The notes beneath the pieces were generated by a model. It was not told the DNA's origin. It did not search any database and saw nothing but the letters and a program-made list of their open reading frames with translations. DNA of 64,000 nt, taken from Paraspadella gotoi (lineage: Eukaryota; Animalia; Chaetognatha). The translations under genes were made by a program, and so were the position numbers. Location: contig CM119263.1 of assembly GCA_051294375.1 (NCBI GenBank), positions 28,972,079 through 29,036,078 of the forward strand, in the 5' to 3' direction. Positions within the stretch are counted from its first letter, which is position 1, and every line of letters starts with the position of its first letter. Below are positions 14,921-29,804 of this stretch, piece by piece.

Positions 14921-17345
14921 TCTTTCTTTTTTCTTAACTCTTTTATTTAATCTCGACTTTCTTCTTTCATTTTTCAAATCGGAAAATTTCCCTTCTTTTA
15001 TATTCTTTAATTAATTATTCCATATTTTTCTTTTTCACTTTAAAACTTTCAATTCAACAAAAGCTTTTTCTCTCCATTTTATTTTTCTTTGTTTGGACTT
15101 TTTCTTTTTCTTTCCCTTTTCCTTTAATCCTGTTTTTCCTTCCCTCATTCGGGTTAAGCCCCCGAGTAAGTCCGGGTAAGTTAACGAGCGGAACGGATTG
15201 GGTCCGATGGGAGGCGCCGCGCCGCAAAAGAGTCAATAATTCGGCGCCGCAATTTGGTCAGCAGACCTCGAAATAAGCGGTGCCAGGAGGAGAATGCGCT
15301 TGAAGTTCGTTTTTGAAATGTTCTTTCCTTTCACCAGGTGCCACCGCGTGAAATTGTGAGCGTGATTGTTTCCGGTGATTTAGCAAATGGTTGGCGCTGG
15401 GATTTAACTCATTGGCGCCGCCTTTTTTAGATTGGCGGCACTAATTAGAAAGACGACGACGACGACGACGATCAAAACCAAAGCAAAAGATAGATTTAAA
15501 ACTTCTCCGTCTAACAGAAAAAAGGCAAAGATAAAAATTGAGGAAAAAAGAGGAAATCATTAACTACATAAAGAAGAAAAGAGAAAAAAAGTTAGATCAT
15601 TAGATTAAATTTTTTTTAAAGTTTGAAACAGANNNNNNNNNNNNNNNNNNNNNNNNNNNNNNNNNNNNNNNNNNNNNNNNNNNNNNNNNNNNNNNNNNNN
15701 NNNNNNNNNNNNNNNNNNNNNNNNNNNNNNNNNNNNNNNNNNNNNNNNNNNNNNNNNNNNNNNNNNNNNNNNNNNNNNNNNNNNNNNNNNNNNNNNNNNN
15801 NNNNNNNNNNNNNNNNNNNNNNNNNNNNNNNNNNNNNNNNNNNNNNNNNNNNNNNNNNNNNNNNNNNNNNNNNNNNNNNNNNNNNNNNNNNNNNNNNNNN
15901 NNNNNNNNNNNNNNNNNNNNNNNNNNNNNNNNNNNNNNNNNNNNNNNNNNNNNNNNNNNNNNNNNNNNNNNNNNNNNNNNNNNNNNNNNNNNNNNNNNNN
16001 NNNNNNNNNNNNNNNNNNNNNNNNNNNNNNNNNNNNNNNNNNNNNNNNNNNNNNNNNNNNNNNNNNNNNNNNNNNNNNNNNNNNNNNNNNNNNNNNNNNN
16101 NNNNNNNNNNNNNNNNNNNNNNNNNNNNNNNNNNNNNNNNNNNNNNNNNNNNNNNNTTTTTTTTCTTTCTTTTTTCTTCATTCAATTTTGAGCAGAAAAT
16201 AAACTTCCGCCGCCAGAGTTCATCCGGAGATGGAGATGGAGANNNNNNNNNNNNNNNNNNNNNNNNNNNNNNNNNNNNNNNNNNNNNNNNNNNNNNNNNN
16301 NNNNNNNNNNNNNNNNNNNNNNNNNNNNNNNNNNNNNNNNNNNNNNNNNNNNNNNNNNNNNNNNNNNNNNNNNNNGAGAGAGAGAGAGAGAGAGAGAGAG
16401 AGACTATTATTTTCAATGATTAACCCCAAAATTCCTAAATTCACAGGGGCTTGTTTTGGCGTTTGGTCGCCGTCGGGATTGTCCGTAAAATATTTTCGGT
16501 TATACGATCCCCAGCGGCGGCGGCGGCGTCGGCGGCGGCGGCGTCGGCGGCGGCGGCGGCAACCGTAAAATGGGTGACGGCAAAACAGAAAAGTTATCGA
16601 ACATTCCAATGACCCAATGCAAAAAAATGAGAGTCCACGAATATGTGATATTATTCAATATTCACCACTGATAAACAGAAACAGTCTCTCACAATCCGTC
16701 TGCTTCTTTTCTTTCGATAATATCACACACACAAAAGAAAAATGTTATCACAATCTCCGCATTCGTCGAATTCTGATGTCAAGAGAAACAAGACTTTTCA
16801 ACTTTTCCTTTTCTCCAAAATTATCTTCTCTTATTTTCTTTCCTCCCCTCCGTTCCTCCCCTCCTTTCCTATATTGCCTTTCGCCTTCTCTTTCTCACCT
16901 TCCCCCTCTCCCATCTCCCTTTTTATAACCTTTTACCTAACTCCCTATGTCCTCTATCTCTCACTGCTACGCACAGTCTTCCCTCTTCCTCTTTTTATAC
17001 TCTCTCTATTTTCACTGAATACCTCTTATTCGTCACCATCTCCCTCTCTCCCTNNNNNNNNNNNNNNNNNNNNNNNNNNNNNNNNNTCCCTCTCTCCCTC
17101 TCTCTCCCCCTCTCTCTCTCCAGAGATCGAACTAAATCTAATCTCCGATCGAAGACGAAATTCCATCCAAAAATTTTCTTTCTCTTTGTTTTCCTTTTTC
17201 GCGAAACAAAACATATTTTTTTCTTCTTGTTTTCTTTTTTTTTTTTTTTTAGTTTTTGCATAGAAAAGGTAAAACGTTTTGCCAGACGGTGAGAAAGTAC
17301 GAGGAGAGGTGAGAATGGACCGAGACGAACGACGAAAGACGAATT

Positions 17346-17386
<41 letters not shown>

Positions 17387-18069
17387 AATCGAAGACGAAC
17401 AACGAACAACGACGACGAACGACGAACCCATCCCAACGGACACTGAGGCGACGCAAAACCCGGATTTTGAAAATCACTTCTTAAGCTAAGATGAGACGCG
17501 ATTAAATCCGAGGATTAGCAGACGAATTTTGCTGATTTTGAAAGACTGAGAAAACAAATGAACATCGATAAGAAAAAATAATAAAAGAAACGACATCTAC
17601 TAGCGAAACAAACAACGAGAAATGAAACTTTGTCGTGTGGACAACAATAGCAAAAAAAAGATAACGAAAACGACGACAACAACGACGATGATGACGACAA
17701 CGACAACAACAAGGACGACGACAGCGACTGCGGATCTCAGTCGTAAAAACGCTTTCACGAGTCCATCTCTCACCTTTTCACGAATAGGCCACTAAAGATG
17801 ACGACGACAGTGAAGACGACAACGACAAGAAAGGGCGAATGCTCTAAAAAAATTGCCTTTGAAATGCTCCAGGATCTGTACGAGTTCGAGTGCCATTAAG
17901 ATAAAAGGGTCGCGAAGTCTCTCTCTCTCTCACCTCTCNNNNNNNNNNNNNNNNNNNNNNNNNATGCGTTCAAAATTGCCTTTGAGAATGCTCCCAGGAT
18001 CTGTGTACAAGAGTTCGAGCGCCTACTATTAAGAGTAAAAGGGCTCGCTCGAAGTCTCTCTCTTCCTAC

Positions 18070-18148
<79 letters not shown>

Positions 18149-18665
18149 CTCCTCTCCTTCTCTCTCTCTCCCTCTCCCTCTCTCAAAAAGCATGCCACCT
18201 CCCGCTCACCTACGTTACGCCCCATTTCTTGAGTCTCTCTTTCTCCCTTTACTCTCACCGCCTCGCAGCATCACCCCCCCCGTCCTGACTCCTCCCCCCT
18301 CCCCCCTCTTTTAAAGTACATGGTTCTCCATTCGGTTGAGTTTGTCCTTTCTATTTTGCCGTAATCCGTAACCAGGTCGTCCAGTGATCGTCGCTTGCAG
18401 GTCGTCGTCATTCGTCATCGTTAGTTCTCTTCATATGTCTTCCCTCCTTCCACAACTTATTATACATCCACACACAGCTAAACAAAGAAACACAAAACAC
18501 ACACCACCATACAAAAAGATAGAAACACTTTTTTGCTTGAACATAAATGCAAATGGACAAAATATATGACCCTTTTTCACCTCAAGAATCTCCGTCCGAT
18601 CTTCCACACCCTCTCTCCTACCGCTCTCTCTTTCCATCTCCTCTCTCCTCTCTCTCACTCTCTCG

Positions 18666-18696
<31 letters not shown>

Positions 18697-21600
18697 ATCT
18701 CTCCTCTCTGCTCTCTCTCCTCACGATTCGATCCCACTCTTTGCCTTCCATATCTATCCTGCCCCTCTCATCTCCTTTTGATGCACTCGTGCTCAATCAG
18801 CTTGACTTCCAAAATATCGAAATCGATTGATTCTTGAAATATCTCGAATATACAAAAACACTTCGACTTAGACCAGTCACTCTCTTCCTGCAAGACACGC
18901 AGTCTCACCCAGACATGGAGTCACTATCGACAAATATTATACCTTAGCAAATGTACCTCAACAGTCACTTCTTCAGCTGCTAACAACTGATTAGTCATCC
19001 ATATGCATCTGTTTCGTCTCTATCGTCGCCACCTGTTCGCCGCGCCGCCCGCCTTGCCCGACGGCCGCCCGAACCACACCCGGCCCCTCCCACCGCTGCA
19101 CGCGCCTGCCGGTCCCCCCCTTCGTCGAGAATCGAGTGCAGACCTAAAGCATCGAACTTTTGGATCTTTGCGACCTATACAAAAACCATAGATTTTTAGC
19201 CTTTTTTAAGAAATATGCTATAAATTTTTTAGTTTTAGTCCTTCTAAGTTCGAACGCACACACAACTTTCCAAGATTCTCGCAACAAATTATCGGTCACT
19301 GAAATACTATCAGCGCATGGCTTTCAACAAGAGATGTTCTTTCTCATTTATTGCAGTGTTGCCCGTATTTTACGGGCCACCCCCTACAATAGTATAGAGC
19401 GACCATTCGACCTTCTCTCTCGCTTGAACGGAGACGTGCGACGCCCCGAAATTTCTGAGCTGTCGTCAGATCACGGAGTGGTCGGAAATTCCGTTTTGAC
19501 GGTCGCCCCCGCTCGACAGCCGCCGCTCCGAGTTACCCCGCAGCTGCGCCGCATGTTAGACGGCTGTCGTCGTCCGCCCTTGACCGGCGTCTGCGTCCGC
19601 CTTGACCGCCGCCCATGTCTGCTTCTTCTCGCGACGCCTGTCGCGTCCAAGATTAGATTCCTGTTGAGTTGTTTTACGACGATCTAGTTTTTTTTTTTTT
19701 TCATCGAAAATCCGATTGTTTTTTTCTTTCCCTGAGAAGGAAGCAGAGGAGAGAGAGAGAAATTACCACCGGTGAGAGAGAGAGAGCACGAGGTGGACAC
19801 GTGACGTTATGCTGCCGATTAAAAAATCATGGACGGCTTTAACTTTTGTCGTTATTTAGGGCGACTAATTTTGCCCCTTAGCATTAAAGTATCCCCAAAA
19901 TAATTTTAAAAATAAAAAAAACAAACAAAAACAATATTACAAGCATAAGCTTAGTTATTAAATATGGATAATTTTTATATGGTTGTACCAATTTCATAAG
20001 AAAGATTTCTCATTTACTGCTCTTCTCTTTAATCCAGTATTTTTACAACCACACCTGAGAAACACATTCAGGCAAATTAAATCTCTTTTCGTTTACTCTT
20101 TTCCCCTTTTCTTCTGTTTTCTTACTTCATGTTCTGTTTGTTCTTCCTTGTTCCAAATCTCGATTTACAGAAAGGGTCTGACCGCCCCAAGAGGGGTGCT
20201 ATTTCGTCGTTCGTCGTCGTTTCTCTACGACATTTTGCAGCATTGGACGGCATTGTAAGTCCTCGGGCCATCCTGGGTCTTACGTCGTAAAAGGTGGACA
20301 CGTCTTTTTCAAAGAGACGACCACCCGTTAGATGAAAACGACAACAACAACAACAACAACAACAAAGATCACGACGACGACAAAACCGCATCGCGACTCA
20401 AAAGAACAATAGTCGGTCTTGGCAGAAAGAAGACACTGAAGACAATGAAAGTAGATGGAAGAACAAAGAAGGCAAATGAAAGAAAAGAGAAGAATGAAGA
20501 AGAAAAGAAAAGAAAAGAAGAGAGAAGAAAAGAAAAGAAAAGATGGGATGAAAAAGAAACGAAGCAAAAGAAAAAAAAAACAAATAAAATTTTTAAAAAT
20601 GATTTGTACATAAAAAGAAAAAGAAAAAAAAAGAAGAGCTGAAAAAGAGAGGAAAAAAGAAAGGGAAAAAAAAGTAAAGTAGACGACACCCAAGTGAGAA
20701 AAGAAAGAGAAGCGAATTTCTCTCTTTCTCTTTTTCCATCGAACGAGGAAAGAAACGAGAATTGACGAGAAGACTAGAAAATGAGATGGAATCGAGAGGG
20801 TGGGGCTGTGGAAGGAGGTTGTGGGGCTGTGGAAGGAGGTTGCGGGGATGTGGAAGAAGGGGTTGTGGAGGTGGTGGAGGGTAAGGCTCTTCAGTAGGGT
20901 AAGGCCGAGGCCAAAGGAGGGTGTGGAAAGAGGAGGAGCTCCGACAGGAAGGAAGCGGTGATTTGGAAGAAAAAAAAACGAGGCGATGTGAGTGAATTAT
21001 CACCGGAGAGTCGCGAGCTGTGAGCCTCTTGACAGAATCGCCGAATCCTTGCAACAAGGCAACGTTGACTGACTCTCGAATCGCAGATCCTTTCGTCGAC
21101 TGAGATTAGCTTTTAAAAAAATCCGCAAAGATCCGGTCTCGAACGCGCGAGTTCTCGGTTTAACCCATCCACGTTTTCTTAATTCCGTCCACCGAACGAT
21201 GACAAATCCACCAAAGAGGTTGTACCGCGATTTCACGGAATTAATCTCGTGAGTCAATGTTTTCTTATTTCTCGTTTTTTCTCGTCTTTTCTTTTCTTTT
21301 CTTTTCTATACGTTTTTGTTTACTTATCTTTTCTTTCCTTCGATCCGATTAAAACCCTGAGTCGAACCGTCGCTCCCAGTAGCAAATGTGGGCGACTGAG
21401 AGTGACAAAGTCGGACTTATGACGACATTTTATCTTATAGTATACGTAAGTCGCAATCTGTAAGACCTTATCTGTAGCTAGGCGTTTGTAAAACCCCCTT
21501 TGTAGATCTCAATCTGTGAGATCTCATCTGTAAGTCGCACTGTTAATTTGATTTAATTAAATTTTTATTTCACATTAGAGTGATTTTCATTTCATTTCTA

Positions 21601-22202
21601 TTTCATTATATAGGTCATGATCTGGGTACATTTGTCCTTAACTTTTCAGGACAAAACAAAAAACTTCGTTCAACCTTCAAAAATTTGAAATTCTGATTGA
21701 AGGACCAATTTCCATGGAAGAGGATTTAGCGGCGTTGCTAAGCGCGTCTCGGCGTTGCTAAGCATTAAAAACCACACTCTTCATGCGGAAAATTTTGACA
21801 AGTCTGCCTACAAAAAATTCAGATTTGGGTGAACCGTAGGAAGGTGCGATTGGGCGAGGAAAGTGTGCCAGCGGAGGGAAAGATATGGGTTTTGGAAGTG
21901 TGCGCGACGCCTTCTCGGATTTCCTCCTTTTTCGAGGTCAAAACAAACGCGAAAAGGTTAAACGCATTTAGGAGAAAAATCTTAGGTATTCGGACGTGAT
22001 GCTTCGGGATAGAGAGCGATCAAAAAAGTGGCAAAGGTGGTATGGGTGGTAAAAATTAGTGGGTAGAGGTGAAAAGAAGAAGTAGAGGGTTGTAGCGGCA
22101 ATTATAACAGGGCAAGGACAGATGGTGTGAGGGAAGAATAAGAATCGATGTTGGAAAATGACAACTGAGGACAAAATTGACAATATGACTTTTCTAAATC
22201 CA

Positions 22203-22233
<31 letters not shown>

Positions 22234-25200
22234 TAACGCCCCCAAAATGGAGTCGACATTGCCGACGACGAAGACGTCAACGACGCCCGCTGCGGCACAA
22301 GGCTGCGATGTGGTTCTCGAGTGTTTCGTCACCTCGAATCAATTGGATCAGACCCGAATGGCTCATGTGGGTGGGCGTGGGATGAGAAGAGATGGACATC
22401 GTTGTCGTGGAAAAGGAAATTGGTTTGGGGGGGGAGAGGGGGAAGGAAAGAGATGGAGGAAAGGAAAGGAAAAGGAGATAAAGGAAAAGTGGTGATTGTG
22501 GAAAGGGGGGGAAANNNNNNNNNNNNNNNNNNNNNNNNNNNNNNNNNNNNNNNNNNNNNNNNNNNNNNNNNNNNNNNNNNNNNNNNNNNNNNNNNNNNNN
22601 NNNNNNNNNNNNNNNNNNNNNNNNNNNNNNNNNNNNNNNNNNNNNNNNNNNNNNNNNNNNNNNNNNNNNNNNNNNNNNNNNNNNNNNNNNNNNNNNNNNN
22701 NNNNNNNNNNNNNNNNNNNNNNNNNNNNNNNNNNNNNNNNNNNNNNNNNNNNNNNNNNNNNNNNNNNNNNNNNNNNNNNNNNNNNNNNNNNNNNNNNNNN
22801 NNNNNNNNNNNNNNNNNNNNNNNNNNNNNNNNNNNNNNNNNNNNNNNNNNNNNNNNNNNNNNNNNNNNNNNNNNATCTCTTTCTCCTCTCTCTTCTCTCT
22901 CTTTCTCTCTCTCTCTTCTCTCTTCATCCTCTCTCTCCTCTTCTCTCTCCCCTCACTCTTCAGCACTCACGTATCTCACACGGCGCTATTCACTCAAGAT
23001 CGCGAAGCGAAAAGTCGGCGATCGAATCAAGTGAACTCTTTAACACGCGGGAAAATGAGGGAGAGAGGGGGTGTGTGGTGAAGAGGAGTGAAAGAAAAAA
23101 TGGGTGTGATTAGAAAATAAAGAGTTTGGTCCTAAATATGAGGCAATCTTACCATAGTGATCCGTATATAGTTGTAAGAACATTGGGAGGGAAATTGTTC
23201 TTTTTCTTCTTTCTTTTTTTTTTCCTTTCTTTCTTTCTTCGTTTCTTTCTCTTTTCTTTTCTTGTTATCTTTTTTCTTTCTTTCTTTTCTTTCTTTTCTT
23301 GCTTTCTTTCTCATTTCTTTTTTTTCTTAGAACAGACAAGATTCGTAACACATTTTTTCGAAACAAGGATCGTATGTGAAACCTAGTTAAGGATCTTACT
23401 TTTATTTTTAATGAGTCAGGTATGTGACAGATGCCACTTTTTTAAACCCCAAGAAGATAATGAGAAATGAGATGAGAGAGAAGAGAGAGAGAGGAGAGAG
23501 AGAGAGACGAGAGAGAGGAGGGAAGAGATGAAGAGGGAGAGAGAGAGGAGAGGAAGAGAGAGAGCACGGACATACAGTCGACGCGACACGTTCGTTCGAT
23601 CTCCCTCATTTGGAGCTTCTCCCACCCTGCGTTTTTTCTTTTTCTTTTGTCTTTTTCTTTTCTTGGTCTTCTCTTTCTTCCCTTTCCTTTTTTTTTAAAT
23701 TTCACTACCGTTTCCCTTATTCCGCCATCTTTTCACCTCCTATTCTTTCCGACCTATAGCTACAAATAAGGCCACCGGGAGGTAACCCAGGAAGCATAAA
23801 ATCATGCCGGTTTAAAAATTATCTATAACTAACTAACTCAGTATTTTGTAATATCATTTATTCCCTTTTGGCCCTAAAAAACATTTTCCCCATAGAAAAA
23901 AAAATTGCTTTGTAATGAAATTAAAATGAAATAAAAATTTTTAAATTAATACAGAATACAGATATAGTACTTTTTAAAATCTAAAAAAAAAATGATAGAA
24001 TGCTTTTCTTCCAATATGCAAATAAAATTAATAAAGCAGTGATAATCTTTATTGATTTGACTGAAAAACATAGAAACGACTGTTTAAAAAGACGCTCGAT
24101 ACAAACAAAAATTTTTACATATTTAATGTTTTCAAAACTTTAATCTAATAAAACAGTGAATTAGTTTCCCCAACCCTCCAACCAGCTATCTGCCCTCCTT
24201 ACTTTGAACAGGCAATAGTGGGTTTTCTTTATTCTCTCTTCTCTCTTTTCTTTTCTCCTCAAGTCCCCAACCTTTCAAATCCCACTTTCACCAAANNNNN
24301 NNNNNNNNNNNNNNNNNNNNNNNNNNNNNNNNNNNNNNNNNNNNNNNNNNNNNNNNNNNNNNNNNNNNNNNNNNNNNNNNNNNNNNNNNNNNNNNNNNNN
24401 NNNNNNNNNNNNNNNNNNNNNNNNNNNNNNNNNNNNNNNNNNNNNNNNNNNNNNNNNNNNNNNNNNNNNNNNNNNNNNNNNNNNNNNNNNNNNNNNNNNN
24501 NNNNNNNNNNNNNNNNNNNNNNNNNNNNNNNNNNNNNNNNNNNNNNNNNNNNNNNNNNNNNNNNNNATGAACGACAACAAAGACGACGAACGACGACTTC
24601 AAATGAAAAAGTCCAGCGGTCGACGAAAACGAATGGAGTTGACTTTCGCTTGATCCCTGAGGATTTCGTCGTCGCGGCCGCCCCCACAGCAGCAGCAGCG
24701 GCAGGAACCTGCGACCAGCGACGCTGCCCTCACCGCCGCAGCCGTTACTGCCTACGACTCGATTCACTTATGATTTCTCTCCCAAGCTGATTTCTGGAAG
24801 GATAATCGAATTTTGGAAAATTTTGAGTGACCAAACGTGAAAAGCTAAAACTTACGATGAAAAAAAATATTCACAAGAGATCAAAGATGAAAATCAAACA
24901 AAATGGGAATTTGGTTTGGTTTCATTGTAATAAAATATATAATGTGGAAAAAAAATATTTTATTTGTAATAAAAGTCGGAAGTACAAAAAATAAAAAGGG
25001 ATGCGATGCAAAGATGCAAAAGAAATTTCGGGTTCAGGGAAGAGAATTTGTGGGTTGGGTCAGGCGATGGAGGGGGGGAGCAGACCAATGACCGAAGGGG
25101 CATCTGTGACCATAATTGAGCCAATGGCCAATCAGCGCCGACGCGGTGCCATCATGAGAATGAGGGGGGAGGGAGAAAACGGACGGGGGTTGGACTGCGG

Positions 25201-25354
25201 GATTGAAGGTGAATCGAGATGTGAATTCTGAAGTGGGGGTCATTGTTCTGCGTGAAGAAGTGAAGTGGATGGGGAAGAGAAAGTGACAAAGAGGTTGGAC
25301 TCCAGACAGAGTGAGACTGATGAAGAGGAGGGGAAAATGATGAGGGGCTTCCGC

Positions 25355-25685
25355 ACTATGGAACGGCGCAGAGTCGAACGGCGTACAGTTGAACGTCGCT
25401 TAGTCGAACGGCGTACCAGGACTGGCACATCATGGAATGGCGCACCATGAAATGACACACTATGGCGTGGCACTCTGTAAGACGGCGTACAGGGGAACTG
25501 CGAATCACGGATCGACAAACCATGGAATGGCATACAGTGGGAAATCCACCACGGAATGGCACTCTTTGTGGAACGGCGCACCATGGAATGGCGCACAATG
25601 GAACGACACACTTTGTGGAACGGCGCATCATGGAATGGCGCATAATGGAACGTCACTCTTTGTGGAACGGCGCACCAAGAATGGA
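25355..25685. repeat. GC-rich minisatellite of ~15-bp subunits
   Basis: Repeated tggaacggcgcacca / tggaatggcgcacaa variants, with a higher-order unit ending cactctttg. Confidence 0.85.
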
Positions 25686-26182
25686 GAACCAACGTTTGAT
25701 CGGAATCGACTTATGTCGTTAACGTTTGGATGAAGACGAAACGAGCTGCTATTTGCGGGAAACAATCGGGTTTCTTTGGGGAGAGAAAAAATGAGGAAAG
25801 AAAAGGGAGGAAAGGAAAAGAAAATGGAGGAAAGAAAAGAAAAGAGAGAAGAAATAGAAGAGAAATGAGAAAAAAGAAAAGCTGAGGCCATGAAAGGTCT
25901 CGGGGTTTTTAACGAGAAACGTTATAAATGAGAGCGATTGAATGGAGAGAGAAAAAAGAAAAGAGAAGAAATAGAAAAGAAGAGAAAAGAAGAGAAAAAG
26001 AGAAGAAAATAGCGATTACTAATGTGGCGAAACCCAAAAAAAAGGGACAAATGGAAGAAACAGGATGAACGAAATGGAAACAGAAAATCGAAAGAGATGG
26101 AAAAAAGAGAAAAAAGTCGTGGCGAAAAGATAAAAACAAACTTTGGAAGAATAGAAGATTGAAAAAATCGATGAAAGAGAGA

Positions 26183-26269
<87 letters not shown>

Positions 26270-26634
26270 GTAAACATCTGCCAAGACAATCCCACACGAA
26301 GTAGTAAAATTCTAAAAAAGAAATTAAAAGTTAAATAACCAGATATTTGAAACTTGATGGATCGTTTAAATAATTAAGATCCCTCTTCGTCCGATTTTGG
26401 AATAAGCGAAACTCATTCGATATTTTCATCACCTCGGACGGATTTTGTCACGTGAATGTGAAATAAATTGTGAAACATTTGGCGAAGGCTTTCGTAGTGA
26501 TATAAATTACTTGAAACGAGCGGAGAGCAGTTGTTGGAAGAATTACTTCAGAACAACAATAAAATAAAACAAAAAAGCAAAAATAGAATATTTAGTACAA
26601 ACAAAATAAATAACATTGTTATTTCACAACTGAC

Positions 26635-27163
26635 CTTCTGGTTGAACGATCAAATTGGCGGGAACGTTTTGTTGCCACTTGGAGGCGACGGCGTCGACGA
26701 GGAAACAAAAGAGCAACAGAAGCGAAAACAAATGAACGACGCTCGACGACACCGACCGACTACGCCATCTAACGTCCGATAGAGTAATCCAAGAAAATGG
26801 CGAGAGTCTCCGTCGACAGCGCCGCCAGTCTTTGGCGTGGAAGCGGCGCCAATCTTCGGCGTCGATCGAACGCCGCTCCTCGATGCAGTCCTGCGCGGCG
26901 GCGACGTGGCGGCGTCTACAGCGTCTCTCGTCGGCCGAGGGACGCGACCGAACGAGGGAGTGGCAAGTCGGACGCGCCGTGAGGAGACAAGCCGGATGCG
27001 ATGCCGGCAGCGAGGTCGGAAGCGAAGCCGGAAGCGAAGCCGGGTTCTCCGATCGAGAGTCGCTAATATCACAGGAATGAGAGGTCGACGCGAGTTGAGG
27101 GGCAGCCTTGTTTTGACAAGGACGCGGGGAAGCCATGCTTTGGCTAGTACATTTGGGAGTCAT
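26635..27163 (-). CDS. Sema1a: Semaphorin (class 1 / Sema-1a-like), first coding exon with signal-like hydrophobic segment
   Basis: The ORF ends ...VVHLFSLLLLFCFLVDAVASKWQQNVPANLIVQPE at a phase-1 donor (GAA G|gtcagt). It joins in phase to exon 12379-12472. The joined peptide resembles the insect Sema-1a N-terminus as I recall it (W..DV.PK..VQ..E..V..F). Start codon uncertain (27163 or 27136). Confidence 0.7.
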
Positions 27164-27689
27164 GTCTTTTATATTCGTTTTTATGTCTACGATATTATTT
27201 TTCTTTTCTCTTCTTTTCTTTTTAAGTCAGATAATCAATTATCGTCGTTGTCGACGACGGCGCCGAAGCGCGCCAAAAAGATACGAAGCAACGACATCCG
27301 GTACTAGGAAACCCCCCTTTTACATACGGGTGTTTAGGTCAACGAAGAGGTCATACTCGAAGGTCGAGCGTTCGATTCCGCGGGGACGAAATTTTTTTTT
27401 TTTTCTTATTTTTCTCGATCGTATATTTTTTTTTTACTTCGCCAGAATTTTCGTGATCATATGTTCTCACTTTTTTTAAAAAGATTTTTCCTTATTTTCC
27501 GTTTTTTTTTCTATACCCGAAAATGATTTCTGGGTTTCGCTTTCGACGCCGAAGACCAATTTATCACGCTTATTTATTTTTTACGCTTTTTTTTATCACG
27601 ATTTTTATTTCGCTTTTATTTTTTTCTATTTTTTCATCCGATTTTCTCTCTCACTTCTTTTTAAATCCTTTTTCTCCACACGAACTTCC

Positions 27690-27807
<118 letters not shown>

Positions 27808-28218
27808 GCTTCGGAGGAAGGAAGAGAGAACAGAAGATACAGCGTGACGGGATGACGACGACGTCGAAGCTACAGTAAAAACCGCAAATCGCGAGGAGTT
27901 AATTTTTTTTTTCAAAACGTAGAGACGAAATGAGGACGAATCATAAAAACGAAGCGACGACGAAAGAAGACGAGAATTTTGTCGTCGTCGTCGTCGTCCT
28001 CTTCTCAGCAACCGGTTGACCGCGTCTTCCCGAGTTAACGAAACCTGTTTTAACGAAGACTAAGAATTAGGAACAAAAAGATACAAGAAAAACATAACAG
28101 ATTTTCGAAGAGGAACGGGTTTTACGAGTTTCTTCATTAACGAGCTTTTTCGCGATGTGATGCTTGTTCTTTGTCGCGCGATGAAAATCAGGAAACAAGG
28201 ATGAGCTCATCCTACTTT

Positions 28219-28408
28219 CTTTCTTTCTATCCCACTTTCTATTTTTCCATCATTCTATCATAATTTCTTATTTTTAGTCTTTCTATCCCACTTTATTTTT
28301 TTCTTTCTATCCCACTTTCTATTTTTCCGTCATTCTATCTTAATTTCTTATTTTTAGTCTTTCTTTCCCACTTTATTTTTTTTCTTTCTTTCTATCCCAC
28401 TTTCTCTT
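28219..28408. repeat. ~80-bp tandem duplication (2 copies plus partial)
   Basis: tctttctatcccactttctatttttcc(a/g)tcattctatc(a/t)taatttcttatttttagtc repeated. Confidence 0.8.
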
Positions 28409-28553
28409 CTTTTAACCTTTTTTTAATCGAGAATATGCTGTGAGGCATTAGATGCTAATTTTACCGTAGATTCTCGTGAATGTAAGTTGAATTGTAGCTC
28501 AGTGGCTGTGAAGAGGAATTAAGGACCTCGGATAGATTTTAATTTAATTTGTT

Positions 28554-28586
<33 letters not shown>

Positions 28587-28663
28587 ATTTCTCTCTTCTC
28601 TCATCAGAAAACGCGGGAGCTCGAGATTTGAAAGAATAAAAAAAATGAGGGATAAAGTTCAAC

Positions 28664-28752
<89 letters not shown>

Positions 28753-29720
28753 TCAAAAATTGATCGAGTATCGGATCTAGAAAAAGTAAAGAGATAACAA
28801 CAACAACAAAGACTCATAAATCAAAGAGAGTGCATCGCCGACGAGTAACGGGCAAACAACAACAACAACAACAACAACTAAGGAGGAGCGGCGGTTTGAC
28901 TCTCGAAACCTCATAAAACGTGATTAATCACGAACCCAAAAAATCTTCGATCTTTACCGATCGAAAATCTCCAATCAAAAAATAGTCCACTCCAACCGTC
29001 GGCCAAAGATCTTTAGTTACCTAAAAAATTCGGACAGAACTAATTTTTAAAAATAAACGATGACGAAAGTTTATCTGATTAATTTAATCTCTATTTTTTT
29101 TTTAAAGTTTATCTAATTTTTTCGTCTTTTTAACTTTTTGCGCATTTAACGAGAGAAAACCCAGGGCTGCCGAGGAATAAGAAGATGCCAACTTTGTTTT
29201 TTAAGAAATAAATCATGAAAATTGCCGAACTTTTTCGATCTTTTTACAAAATTAAAGCTCGCGGGACATCTTGACCTTATCATCAATTTCACGTCTGTAA
29301 TCGATATCTTTAAACATTCAATAAAAAAAATGAACAGCGACTCACACACTCCTCCACACCACCCCCCCTCTGTTAACACACACAAAATAAACTCACGAAA
29401 TCTGAAAGATAAAAAAAATGAAAAAAAAAGACCAAAGATTTGAGAGACCCACAGAAACTGCAAAAGGGAAAAGAACCAAACAACCTTGATAAGAAGAAAA
29501 AGCGATTCGAAACGTAAAGAACAAAGTAAATGGAAAAGAAAGTAAATAATAAAAAGAACTCAAAAGGAAAAGAGAGAGAGAGAGACAGAGTTGAGGCCAA
29601 GAAAAAAAAAGAGAGAAGCGAAGATAACGTTGGATGGGCCTCGGTGGTTGAGCTGCAGCAGCGGCCGGCCGACGCCGCGGGACAGTATTAATCAGACTCG
29701 ATAAACCCCCCAATTCTACA

Positions 29721-29804
<84 letters not shown>

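Noticed and set aside
17838-18070. Apparent tandem duplication across the gap at 17939-17963
   Set aside because: The second copy is the first plus scattered insertions on the other side of a gap, i.e. gap-filling overlap.
19003-19687. GC-rich ORFs inside semaphorin intron 1
   Set aside because: No recognisable domain or paired splice sites, and the region borders error-prone sequence.
25240-25733. Overlapping ORFs on both strands
   Set aside because: A product of the stop-poor 15-bp minisatellite.
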